Part shown: in pieces, positions 41,682-51,422 of the stretch
How the letters are laid out: every line of letters starts with the position of its first letter
Position numbering within the stretch: the first letter of the stretch is position 1
Origin: an uncultured Acidobacteriota bacterium
Lineage (GTDB): Bacteria; Acidobacteriota; Vicinamibacteria; Vicinamibacterales; CAVVIG01
Length of the DNA: 64,000 nucleotides
Direction: 5' to 3'
NCBI GenBank assembly: GCA_963734375.1
Contig: CAVTHG010000004.1
Span: 165,363 to 229,362, forward strand
Program-made: the position numbers and the translations under genes
Notes under the pieces: generated by a model
Told to the model about the DNA's origin: nothing
The model's input: the letters and a program-made list of their open reading frames with translations, nothing else
Databases searched by the model: none

Positions 41682-44050
41682 CCGCCTTCTCGAACGTCCC
41701 GGCGCGGATCGAATCGCTGCTCGCAGAAGCCGCCGATCCATCGCGCCGCGAATTCCTCAAACGTTCCGGCATGCTCGTCGTCAGCGTCGGCGTTGCCGCC
41801 ACCGCGGGCGCTGATCTCTTCGGCGCCGAGCAAGCCGCTGCCGGACCCTATCCGGATCCCGACTTCAAACAGCTCGACTCGTGGATCGTCGTCCACCAGG
41901 ACAACACCGCGACCTTCTACGTCGGCAAGACCGATTGCGGCCAGGGCACCGGCACGGCGTTCCGGCAGATGATGTCGGACGAGCTCGACATCGACTACGC
42001 GCGCACGACCTGCGTGATGGGCAGCACCGATGTCACCGTCGATCAGGGCGGCTCCGGCGGATCGGACGCGATTCAGGTCGACGCCTGGCCGATGCGGCGT
42101 GTGGCCGCGGAGGCGCGGCGCGTGCTGCTCGAGATGGGCGCGACGCGGCTCGGCGTACCGGTCAGCGCGCTCGCGGTGAACGACGCGGTGATTTCGCTGA
42201 AGAGCGACCCGTCGAAGAAAGTGACCTACGGCGAGCTGGTCGGCGGCAAGCGCTTCAACGTCGCGCTGACCGGCAACGACATCAACGCCACGACCGGCAC
42301 CGCCGCGGTGAAAGCGGTGCAGGAGCTGAAGGCGGTCGGCCAGTCGATGCCGCGCTACGACATCCCGCCCAAGGTCAACGGCTCGCTGACGTGGGCGGTG
42401 GATGCGCGCGCCCCGGGGATGGTGCACGCACGCAACGTGCGTCCGCCGGTGGCCGGCGCCAAACTCGTCAGCATCGACGAGTCGTCTGTTCGTGGCGTTC
42501 CCGGCTTCGTCCGGGTGGTGAGCAAGGGCAACTACGTCGCGGTCGTCTGCGAACGTGAAGAGCAGGCGATCCAGGCGGCGAAGCAGCTGAAGGTCAACTG
42601 GCAGAAGCCGTCGACGCCGCCGTTTCCGTCGTCGGAGGATCTGTATCCGTTCATGCGGAGCGCGACGCCGACGTCGAGCCCGCGGCCGACCGCCGTCGGC
42701 GATACGGCGGCAGCGATCGCCGGCGCCGCACGAGTGGTCGACGCCGACTACGAGGTGCCGTTCCAGGGCCACACCGCGCTCGCGCCGGCGCATGCGATGG
42801 CGGATCCGTCGAACGGCCAGATGACGATCTACTCGAACGACATGAAGTCGTACGGACTGCGATCCGGCGTCGCCGAGTTCCTGCAGATGCCGCGCGATCG
42901 CGTTCGCGTCGTCTGGATGGAAGGGCCGCAGGGCTACGGCCGCACCGCGGCGGATGATGCCGGGTTCGAGGCGGCGTTTCTCGCGAAAGAAATCGGGCGG
43001 CCGGTGCGCGTGCAGTGGATGCGGGACGAAGAGACCGCGTGGGACACGAAGGGCCCGGCGTACACGGTGAAGATGCGCGGCGGACTCGATCCGGCTGGCA
43101 ACCTCGTCGCGCTCGAGTACAACGCCCGCGCGGCCGATTACAACCATCTCGGGTACAACGAACCGGACACCGTCCTGATTGCACAGTTGATCGGGACGCG
43201 GCCGGCGAAGCCGGCCAACGGCGGCGCCTCCACGCCGTCCGACATGTACGCGATCCCGAACCGGAACATGTCGACGCACGTCGTCTCGATGCCGCTGGTG
43301 TGGGAGACGCCGCTGCGCACCGGCAACCTGCGCGATCCGAACGGGCCGCAGGTGACCTTCGCGTCCGAGTCGTTCATCGACGAGATGGCGGCGGCGGCCA
43401 AAGCCGACGCGGTCGCGTTTCGCCTGAAGCTGCTGACCGGCGCCACCGGCGACGATGCCGGGTTCAGGCGCGCGCGATCGATTGCGGTGGTGCGCGAGGC
43501 GGCGAAGACGTTCGGGTGGGACGAGCGCGTGTCGCCGAAGCCGCGAGCGACCGGCCGGATCCTCACCGGCCGCGGTATCGGCTATTCCTTCCGCAACCAG
43601 ACCGTGGTCGCGCAGATCGTCGAAGTCGAGGTCAACCGCGAGAGCGGCCGCGTGTGGGTGAAGCGGCTGGTGTGCGCGCACGACTGCGGGCTGGTGATCA
43701 ACCCCGAAGGGCTGCGCCGGACGATCGAAGGGGCGACGCTGCACGCCCTCAGCCGCGCGCTGTACGAGGAAGTGCAGTTCGACACCGAGAAGGTGACGAG
43801 CGTCGACTGGAACTCATCGCCGACGCTGCGGCATGCCGATGCGCCAGAGTCGATCGACGTCGTGCTCGTCAACGGCGATCCGAACCCGAACCGGCGCGAC
43901 CTGCCGCACTACGGCGCCGGCGAGGCGGCGTGCAAGCCGATGATCGCCGCGGTCGCCAACGCCATCTACGATGCGACCGGCGTCCGGCTGCGGCGGGTGC
44001 CGTTCCGGCCGGCGCGCGTGCTCGCTGCGCTCAAAGCGGCAGGGGTATGA
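41678..44050 (+). CDS. Molybdopterin-dependent oxidoreductase large subunit, IorB-like, Tat-exported
   Basis: SRREFLK; GKTDCGQG; AHDCG.VINP; GAGEAA; ANAIYDATGVRLR. Confidence 0.9.
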   Translation: MTAFSNVPARIESLLAEAADPSRREFLKRSGMLVVSVGVAATAGADLFGAEQAAAGPYPDPDFKQLDSWIVVHQDNTATFYVGKTDCGQGTGTAFRQMMSDELDIDYARTTCVMGSTDVTVDQGGSGGSDAIQVDAWPMRRVAAEARRVLLEMGATRLGVPVSALAVNDAVISLKSDPSKKVTYGELVGGKRFNVALTGNDINATTGTAAVKAVQELKAVGQSMPRYDIPPKVNGSLTWAVDARAPGMVHARNVRPPVAGAKLVSIDESSVRGVPGFVRVVSKGNYVAVVCEREEQAIQAAKQLKVNWQKPSTPPFPSSEDLYPFMRSATPTSSPRPTAVGDTAAAIAGAARVVDADYEVPFQGHTALAPAHAMADPSNGQMTIYSNDMKSYGLRSGVAEFLQMPRDRVRVVWMEGPQGYGRTAADDAGFEAAFLAKEIGRPVRVQWMRDEETAWDTKGPAYTVKMRGGLDPAGNLVALEYNARAADYNHLGYNEPDTVLIAQLIGTRPAKPANGGASTPSDMYAIPNRNMSTHVVSMPLVWETPLRTGNLRDPNGPQVTFASESFIDEMAAAAKADAVAFRLKLLTGATGDDAGFRRARSIAVVREAAKTFGWDERVSPKPRATGRILTGRGIGYSFRNQTVVAQIVEVEVNRESGRVWVKRLVCAHDCGLVINPEGLRRTIEGATLHALSRALYEEVQFDTEKVTSVDWNSSPTLRHADAPESIDVVLVNGDPNPNRRDLPHYGAGEAACKPMIAAVANAIYDATGVRLRRVPFRPARVLAALKAAGV

Positions 44051-44246
44051 CGAACGCAGAGATCGCAGGGCACCAGCCTCCGCTCACGGCGAATCTATGA
44101 GCTTCGGCTGGCAAGCGCAGAGAAGGACAAGATCACTCGGAAAATCCGACTCTGCGGTCTCGGCGAAGCTCTGCGGACAGGTTGACGGGTGCCGGATGGG
44201 CGCGATATAGTCGTCGACACGGTTCCGCGTTCCGGAAGGAGTTGCG

Positions 44247-45665
44247 ATGCACGTCAGACTCCGGATAGCCTTCGCCGCCGCGGCCGGCGCGTCGCTCTTC
44301 GCGTGGACGAACCCGGCCGCCCAGCAAACCGGTTCGCCGGGCGTCACCTTCACCCGCGACATCGCCCCGATTTTCCAGCGCAGCTGCCAGGAGTGCCACC
44401 ACGCCGGCGGCGTCGCGCCGATGTCGCTCGTCTCCTACGAAGACGTCCGGCCGTGGGCCAAGGCAATCAAGACGCGGACCGCGCTGCGCAGCCAGCGAGG
44501 CGCGATGCCGCCGTTCTTCGTCGAGAAGAACATCGGCATCCAGAAGTTCAAGCACGATCCGTCGCTGTCCGAAGACGAGATCGTGACGATTGCGAAGTGG
44601 ACCGACGGCGGCGCGGTGCGCGGCAACCCGGCCGACATGCCGAAGCCGCGCGACTTCGACGACAGCGACAAATGGACGATCGGCGAGCCCGACCTGATCC
44701 TGAAGTCGAAGGAAGTGCTGGTGCCCGCGGTCGGCCCCGACTGGTGGGGCGACGTCGGCCTGGTGCCGACCGGCCTCACCGAGGAACGCTATGTCTCGGC
44801 GGTCGAGGTCCGCGAGGTCAACGACATCCCGACGACCGGCGCCACCAACACGGTGGGCGGGCGCTACGTCTTCCATCACATGACGTACTCGAGCGTGATG
44901 ATGGGCGACAAGGCGACTGGCGACGAACTGGCGAGCAGCTGGCCGATTCACGAAGTCGGGCGCAACGCGGATCTCTTCCCGCAGGAAGCGGGCCGGCTGC
45001 TGCAGGCGAACTCCGCGCTCTCGCTCTCTGCCGGCCACATCCACTCGAACGGTCGCGAGACGAAGGCGCACCTCGAGTTCGCGTTCAAGTTCTTCCCGAA
45101 AGGCTACAAGCCGGTCTACAAGCGCTCGAACCTGCGGCTGGGCAACGGCATCGACATCGACGTCAAGCCGAACCAGGCCAACCAGGAACTGCACGCCTAC
45201 GCGACGCTGCAGGAGCACACCAAGATCATCGCCTTCGAGCCGCACCTGCACGCGCCCGGCGTGCGCATGTGCCTCGAGGCGATCTGGGGGCACAACATCC
45301 AGACGCTCAACTGCGTCGGCTACGACCACAACTGGGTGAAGCAGTACGTCTACGAGGACGATGCGGCGCCGCTGCTGCCGAAGGGGACGATCGTGCACCT
45401 GATCGGCTTCCTCGACACGACGCCGGCGAACAAGAACCCGGCCGATCCGCGCAACTGGGCCGGCGGCGGGCGGCGATCGGTCGCCAACATGTTCATCGAC
45501 CTCGGCTACTCGGTGTCGCTCAGCGAGGATCAGTTCCAGGCCGAGATGGCGAAGCGGCGCAAGAACATGAAGAGCCGCAACGACTACGACATCGGCTGCC
45601 CGCTCTGCTGGGCGCCGCCATTGCCGGTGCCGACCACGTCCACGGCGGGGCAGCAGCGGCAATGA
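44247..45665 (+). CDS. Secreted heme-c protein with copper type II monooxygenase-like domains
   Basis: CQECH and MPP; FHHM, HIH, PHLH, C-terminal Met (ANM). Confidence 0.7.
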   Translation: MHVRLRIAFAAAAGASLFAWTNPAAQQTGSPGVTFTRDIAPIFQRSCQECHHAGGVAPMSLVSYEDVRPWAKAIKTRTALRSQRGAMPPFFVEKNIGIQKFKHDPSLSEDEIVTIAKWTDGGAVRGNPADMPKPRDFDDSDKWTIGEPDLILKSKEVLVPAVGPDWWGDVGLVPTGLTEERYVSAVEVREVNDIPTTGATNTVGGRYVFHHMTYSSVMMGDKATGDELASSWPIHEVGRNADLFPQEAGRLLQANSALSLSAGHIHSNGRETKAHLEFAFKFFPKGYKPVYKRSNLRLGNGIDIDVKPNQANQELHAYATLQEHTKIIAFEPHLHAPGVRMCLEAIWGHNIQTLNCVGYDHNWVKQYVYEDDAAPLLPKGTIVHLIGFLDTTPANKNPADPRNWAGGGRRSVANMFIDLGYSVSLSEDQFQAEMAKRRKNMKSRNDYDIGCPLCWAPPLPVPTTSTAGQQRQ

Positions 45666-46658
45666 TGTCGAGGGCGCCGCTGGTTGCGTCGCTCGCGCTC
45701 GCCCTGTCGCTCGCGACGGTTGCGGCACAGACCCGCTTCACCTACTCGAGCGGCCAGAGTCTGTCGCCCGCCTACGAAGGGTGGATCTACAACGCCGACG
45801 GCACGGTGACGATGTACTTCGGCTACATGAACACGAACTGGCTGCAGGAGTTCGACATCCCGATAGGCCCGGACAACGCAATCGAGCCCGGCGGGCCGGA
45901 CCAGGGACAGCCGACGCACTTCTACCCGCGGCGCAGCCCGTTCCTGTTCACGATCAAGGTGCCGAAAGATCTCGGCGGCAAAGAGCTGGTGTGGACGCTG
46001 ACCGCGAACGGCAAGACGGAGCACGCCTACGCCTCGCTCAAGACCGACTATCAGATCGACAGCCAGGTGATCTCGACCGAGGTGGGCGGCGACTTCGGCA
46101 GCCTGCGCGACGAGCTGCGCACGAACGTCCCGCCCGAGCTGCGCGTCGACGGCGAGCAGCGCCGGAGCGTGAAAGCGGGCGAGCCGTTGAGCCTGGTCGC
46201 GTTTGCCGGCGATCCCGACAACCTGCCGGCGCGCCGCGACGGCAAGCCGCAGCCGAAGAACGCGAGCGGCAAGATGATGGAGGAGACGGTGCCGGCGGCG
46301 GCGTCGAAGCCCGCGGCCGCGCCGGCGGCGGCCGTCAACCCCGCCAACCTCCTCTACCGTCCACCGTCGTCGATCGTCCCGTCGAGCGGGCCGGGGCTGC
46401 GGTTCTCGTGGATCGTCTACCGCGGCAAGGCGTCGGCGGTCACCTTCTCGCCCGATCAGATGAAAGCGTGGACCGACACGCGGTCGTACGCGAACTCGCC
46501 GTGGTCGCCGCCGTTCGCCGATCCCGCTGCCGCCGCCCGACGGCAAGTGGGTGTCGCAGGCGACCTTCAGCGAGCCGGGAACCTACGTCCTGCGCGCGGT
46601 CGCGAGCGACGGCTCGCTGTTCTCGTACGAGAACGTGACCGTGACCGTCACCCGCTAG
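45662..46658 (+). CDS. Secreted hypothetical protein with C-terminal PKD/Ig-like segment (frameshift ~46518)
   Basis: SPAYEGW, FGYMN.N, GQPTHFYPRR; ATFSEPGTYVLRAVASDG. Confidence 0.75.
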
Positions 46659-46761
46659 CGACGTGGAGCCGGAGACCACGACGGCCACGAAGGACACGAA
46701 GCACACGAAGAAGACTTCTTTTCTCTCAGATACCGAATGGCCTTGACTGCTCACCGATCGG

Positions 46762-47744
46762 GTGTACCTCCTGGTTCTTTTCTTCTTCGTGGTCTTCGTG
46801 TCTTCGCGTCTTCGTGGCTTCGCGGCTGCGTTCAGGGAAGGCTCGCTGCCCGATATCGCCGCGGGAAGGCGGTGTTCGAAGGCAGCGGCGGATGCCTCAC
46901 GTGTCACTCGGTCGATGGGCGCGGGCAGAAATCGGCGCGCGATCTGAGCTGGATCGGACTGCTGCGCACGCGCGCGTCGCTGCGCGAGACGCTGGCGAAG
47001 CCGGGGCCGCATGCCTCGAAGGTCTCGGCGGGAGAAATCGATCACGTCGTCGCCTACCTGAGGACGCTGCGCTCGCTGCCGCCGAGCGATCCGAGCGAGC
47101 GCACGCGCGAGGTGGCGCCGCTCTCCGAGAACGTCGGCTTCTTCAACCGTCCCGAGCGCGCCGCCGAGGAGAAAACCGACGCGCTCATCGAGGCGCTCGA
47201 CATCCGCGACGGCGACCGCGTCGCCGACATCGGCGCCGGCACCGGGTTCTTCACCTGGCGCCTGGCGAAACACGCCGGGGCTCGCGGCAAGGTCCTCGCC
47301 GTCGACATCCAGCAGAGCATGCTCGATCGCGCCGCTGCGGCGATGAAGGAGCGCGGCGTCACCAACGTCGACTACGTGCTGGCGACCGAGCGCGATCCGA
47401 AGCTGCCGCCGCGATCGCTCGACATGGTCTTCATCGCCCACTCGTACCACGAGTTCACGGAGCCGGAGACGATGATCGAGGCGGTGCGGCGATCGTTGAA
47501 CCCGGCGGGACGACTGGTGATCGTCGAGTACGCGAAAGAAAAGCGTGCGGCGCCGGCGTCGCCGCTGCACAAGATGAGCTTCGACGAGATCCGCACCGAG
47601 ATCGAGCCGCTCGGCTTCGAGCTGGAGCAGATTCTCGATTTCCTGCCGATGCAGCACGCGCTGATTTTCACGCGTGCGATGAGCGGGGACATGCGCCCGT
47701 CTACTCTTGGTCGCTGGCGTCGTGGCTGGCCGGCGCGCTCGTGA
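46762..47744 (+). CDS. Cytochrome c / class I SAM methyltransferase fusion (frameshift ~46865; ends approximate)
   Basis: CLTCH; VADIGAGTG, AVDIQ, YHEF, GRLVIVEY. Confidence 0.75.
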
Positions 47745-47754
47745 AGAACAGAGA

Positions 47755-47955
47755 GATCAGGAGTCACACAGAAGGATCAGGAGGCTTGTCTCAGCGATCG
47801 ATCGCGGCCTGCTGGCAGGCATCGGACGATCGGATCGACCGAGCCGTCGCTGCGCCGGTCCGTGCGCGCCGCGATGCGGCGCCCGCCGAAATCGACGTTC
47901 CTCGACAAGCCGGATTCTTGCTTTCCTCCTGATCTCCTGACCTCCTGACCTCCTG
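47755..47955. repeat. ATCAGGAG / CTCCTGA(T/C) inverted arrays
   Basis: Same family at 27843-27908, 50238-50318 and 54085-54201. Confidence 0.65.
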
Positions 47956-48006
47956 TTCCCCGCCGACGCCGCGAACCTGCAAGAGCGCCGGGGAGCGGCC
48001 GAGAGG

Positions 48007-48789
48007 TCACCGTCTGAGCACCCACCGAAGTCCCCCGAGGACGTGCTGCTGATACAGGCGGTTCTCCCAGACATCCTCGCGATGGCCAAGCGCGGTGTAG
48101 AAGACGCGCCCCTGCCCGTGCGCCTTTGCCCACGCGAGCGGAAGATCGCCCGACCGTCCCGCCTCCGGCAGTCCATCCGCCGGATGCCGATCCAGCGACA
48201 GCAGCATCGTCACCTCGCCGCGGTTGGCGCGGGTGAACTTGTAGATTTCGTCGAAGACGCGGAAGCGGCCGCCGAGCGGCGATGCCGCCGGATGGTCGCT
48301 GTTCTCGACCACGGCGTCGACCGCGGCCTGCTCGCCGTGGATGAGGAACTCGTTGCCCAGCATCGCCAGGTAGCGCGGCTCGTCGTGATAGGTGTCCGAC
48401 GCGCTGTGCATCCCGGCAAAGCCGTGGCCGGCGGCGATCCAATCGAGGAAGGCGCCGAGGTCGGGGACGCCGAGGTTGCCGGTGGTATTCGCAAACACGA
48501 CCGCGTCAACCGACGCGAGCGCTGCAGCCGTCAGGCTGCGCCGCACATCCTCGCCGGTGCGGGCGAACGACACCGAGAAGAGGCCGGACGAACGGCCGAG
48601 CGCCTCGATCGTCGTCTCCGCAATCGCAATCGAGCTGTGCCGGAAGCCGGCGGTATGCGTGACGACGAGCACCGTGGGGGTGGCTGCGGTCGTCGGTGAC
48701 GTCGGCGCGTTGAGAGGTTCGTCGCTCGCCGGCTGCGACGAACAGGCGGCAAGGAGAGACAGCACGACCAGCGCCCAACGGGTCGTCAT
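48007..48789 (-). CDS. ThuA-domain lipoprotein
   Basis: Lipobox LAAC; GFRHSSI, GMHSASD, DEIY, GRVFYTALGH. Confidence 0.88.
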   Translation of the reverse strand: MTTRWALVVLSLLAACSSQPASDEPLNAPTSPTTAATPTVLVVTHTAGFRHSSIAIAETTIEALGRSSGLFSVSFARTGEDVRRSLTAAALASVDAVVFANTTGNLGVPDLGAFLDWIAAGHGFAGMHSASDTYHDEPRYLAMLGNEFLIHGEQAAVDAVVENSDHPAASPLGGRFRVFDEIYKFTRANRGEVTMLLSLDRHPADGLPEAGRSGDLPLAWAKAHGQGRVFYTALGHREDVWENRLYQQHVLGGLRWVLRR

Positions 48790-48887
48790 GGCGGGCTTGT
48801 CTCAGTATAGATGTAGCACCGACCTCAGCCGCCCCGCCGCGTTTCTGTTCCGCGTCAGCGCTGGTCGTGGTCGTTGCGAGGTGTAGA

Positions 48888-50216
48888 TCAGATCGGTTCG
48901 CCGGGAGCGCGGCGCGAAACAATCCAGCCGGGAGGGACGGTGGCGGCCAGATCGACCTGGGGATCGATCAGCCGCTGAGCTGGGTGGCCGTTGATGGCGG
49001 CAAAGGCATCGGCGCGCACCTCGATGCCGGCGAAGCCGCGGGCGCGCAGATCGGCGGCGATGTGGCGCGCCAGGGCCCGGACCATGAAGGGATCCTGCGC
49101 CATCATCTTCTCTTGCCGCTCGGTGACGTACTCCCGCGCCGGGACGACCCATTCCCTGCCGGTGGCCGTATCGCGCGCGATGAACTCGGTGAAGCCGGCC
49201 TTCTCGACCAGCATCACGCGCCAGGCGAAGTTGAAGCCGCGGCAGGTCCAGTCGGGATCGGTCCCCGGCCAATAGGCGCGCAGCGGCAGGGCGACCTGCA
49301 CGGCGGCATAGAGGGCCAGCATCGCGACCGTCGCCGTCGGCGGGACGCGCGAGCCGGCAAACGCCGGCAGCGCCGCCGGAGCGGGCCGGCCGATCCATCG
49401 GCGCGGCCAGTCCGGCGGGAAGAAGACGAGCGTCGCGACGATCATGATCCAGGGAAACATGCCGATCGGAAAGAGCACCGCGGTCATGACGTGGAAGACG
49501 ACGACGGTGGCGTAGGCGATGGCGCGGGTCCGCCGCGACAGCAGCAGGAAGACGATCGCGAGGTCGTAGGCGGCGCCGCACCAGCTGAAGACGTACGCGG
49601 CGGCGGGTTCGGCCAGAAACGGACCGACGATCGGCAGATCGCTTCGTGCCGCGAGCCAGATCCGCAGCGGCTGCGCGTCGAGCAGCCAGTCGGCGTTGAG
49701 CTTGGCGAGGCCGGCGAATAGATAAGCGACGCCAATCTGGAAGCGCAGCACGTTCACCGTCCACGCTGGAACGGCCGCTGCCGGCGTCCACCCGTTGCGC
49801 CAGGCATCCACCGACCAGACGCGGTGCGCGGGGACGATCGCGAGCAGCCCGCTCAGCAGGCTGACCAGGTAGTAGTGATTGAGATAGGTGGCCTTGTCGA
49901 TCAGCTCGACGTAGCTGAACCCGACGAAGAAGAGCGCGGCCGACAGGCGATAGTGAAAGCCGAGCGCGATCGCGAGCCCGAGAACCGCGAGCACCACGAA
50001 ATGCAGGTGCATCAGCGCCGGCGGCAGCGGCCGCACCCACGGGAACAGCTCCCAGGTGAAATGGAAGGTGGGCTGGACGTAGAACTCGTCGACCCAGCCA
50101 CGCGCGATGAAGCGCAGCATGCTGAAGGCCATCAGCAGGCCGAACAGGATCCGGAACGCCGCGAGCGAGCTCGGGTCGATCGGCGCGGAGAGGCGGCGAG
50201 CGGCGGCGGTGATCAT
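48888..50216 (-). CDS. HTTM-domain / vitamin K-dependent gamma-carboxylase-like membrane protein
   Basis: LAAFRILFG, DKATYLNHYYL, GLAKLNADWL, IGMFPW, WRVMLVEK. Confidence 0.9.
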   Translation of the reverse strand: MITAAARRLSAPIDPSSLAAFRILFGLLMAFSMLRFIARGWVDEFYVQPTFHFTWELFPWVRPLPPALMHLHFVVLAVLGLAIALGFHYRLSAALFFVGFSYVELIDKATYLNHYYLVSLLSGLLAIVPAHRVWSVDAWRNGWTPAAAVPAWTVNVLRFQIGVAYLFAGLAKLNADWLLDAQPLRIWLAARSDLPIVGPFLAEPAAAYVFSWCGAAYDLAIVFLLLSRRTRAIAYATVVVFHVMTAVLFPIGMFPWIMIVATLVFFPPDWPRRWIGRPAPAALPAFAGSRVPPTATVAMLALYAAVQVALPLRAYWPGTDPDWTCRGFNFAWRVMLVEKAGFTEFIARDTATGREWVVPAREYVTERQEKMMAQDPFMVRALARHIAADLRARGFAGIEVRADAFAAINGHPAQRLIDPQVDLAATVPPGWIVSRRAPGEPI

Positions 50217-50237
50217 TCGGGGCGCCTGTGAAAACAC

Positions 50238-50318
50238 GAGATCAGGAGGGACAGGAGAACAGGAGATCGGAAAATCAAAAGAAGAAACCTCCTGATCTCC
50301 TGAGTCTCCTGATCTCCT
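50238..50318. repeat. CAGGAG / CTCCTG inverted array
   Basis: gatcaggaggg acaggaga acaggaga ... ctcctgat ctcctgagt ctcctgat. Confidence 0.7.
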
Positions 50319-50319
50319 T

Positions 50320-51405
50320 TTAATCCCCGTCGGCCGATTTGAAAGTGAGGGTGACGCCGAGCGTACTGGCCACTTCGGTTTTCATCATGATCTCGAGCGC
50401 GCGGCACTCGTCGTGCGCGCGTTTGACCGCACGCTCGACCGCCTCGTTCCCTTCCTCGAGCGGGCCGTCGATCGCCTTCACCGCGTCGATCGCCTTCTGG
50501 AACTGCGCCTCGATCCGGCGCGCGGCCGGCGCTTTCAGCTGGCGCAGGTAATCGTCGATGCCAGCGCCCTCTCCGCCGAAGAACACCGCGCGCGCGCCGA
50601 GGAGCAGCGCGAGCACGCCCGCCTGCGACGTGCCGCTCGGCCCGCCCTCGACCAGCTCCGAGCGCGCATGCTGCTCGGTCCGCTTGTCGACCGCCAGCAG
50701 AAGCCGCCCCTGCGCGCCCACCTCAATCGCGTTGAGGATGTCGTTCACGAGCAGGTTGAGCTGATCCTGCCCGCCGCCGGCAAACGCTGCCGCGAACCCC
50801 TGCGATCCCTTCCACGCGTTCTCGACCTGGCGGGTCTGCTTCAGCAGCTCTTTCACCAGCGCCTGAAAGTACTTCCGCTGCCGATCGCCTTGCGGCCCGG
50901 AGAACGCGGCGACACGTTGCGCCTCGTTCTGCCTGGTGTCGAACAGCAGGATCTCCAGCGCCGACAGGCCGACCGCGTTCGCGCCCAGCTCCTGCAGGTA
51001 GGTGTCGTCGAATGGCCGGTTTGCACGGAGCACGCGGTCGACGCTCTGCCGCCGGGTCGGCCAGAACTGGATGCGTCCATAGACGCCAAGGTCGGCGATC
51101 GGCCCGTGCGTGAACGCCTGCGTCCGCCGCCACGCGAACAGCATCTCCCTCCACGCCTTCTGGGCGCTTTCGAGCGACGTCGCGCTCGGCGTCGTCGTCA
51201 ACGCATCGGCGGCGGCGGCAAAGTCGGCGCTGCGTGCGGCCAGCTGCGAGTAGCCAGGCAGCAGCACGCTCTTCGCGATGTTGTCGAGCGCGGCCTGCTT
51301 CGAGACCGCTGACGCGCTCCTGGTGTCCGCCAGCACCAGCCGATGCGCGAGGCCGAAGGCCGCGAACATCGCGAGCGTGGCAATGAGAGAAACCGTCTTC
51401 TTCAT
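50320..51405 (-). CDS. Imelysin family protein
   Basis: AQKAW, GP, FWP, GLSALEILLF, C-terminal DGD. Confidence 0.85.
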   Translation of the reverse strand: MKKTVSLIATLAMFAAFGLAHRLVLADTRSASAVSKQAALDNIAKSVLLPGYSQLAARSADFAAAADALTTTPSATSLESAQKAWREMLFAWRRTQAFTHGPIADLGVYGRIQFWPTRRQSVDRVLRANRPFDDTYLQELGANAVGLSALEILLFDTRQNEAQRVAAFSGPQGDRQRKYFQALVKELLKQTRQVENAWKGSQGFAAAFAGGGQDQLNLLVNDILNAIEVGAQGRLLLAVDKRTEQHARSELVEGGPSGTSQAGVLALLLGARAVFFGGEGAGIDDYLRQLKAPAARRIEAQFQKAIDAVKAIDGPLEEGNEAVERAVKRAHDECRALEIMMKTEVASTLGVTLTFKSADGD

Positions 51406-51422
51406 CTGCAGGGTTCCGATGT

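Noticed and set aside
44189-47932. 1247-aa ORF
   Set aside because: Chimeric GC-rich open frame; only 45662-46518 is real coding sequence, and the rest overlaps better-supported genes in other frames.
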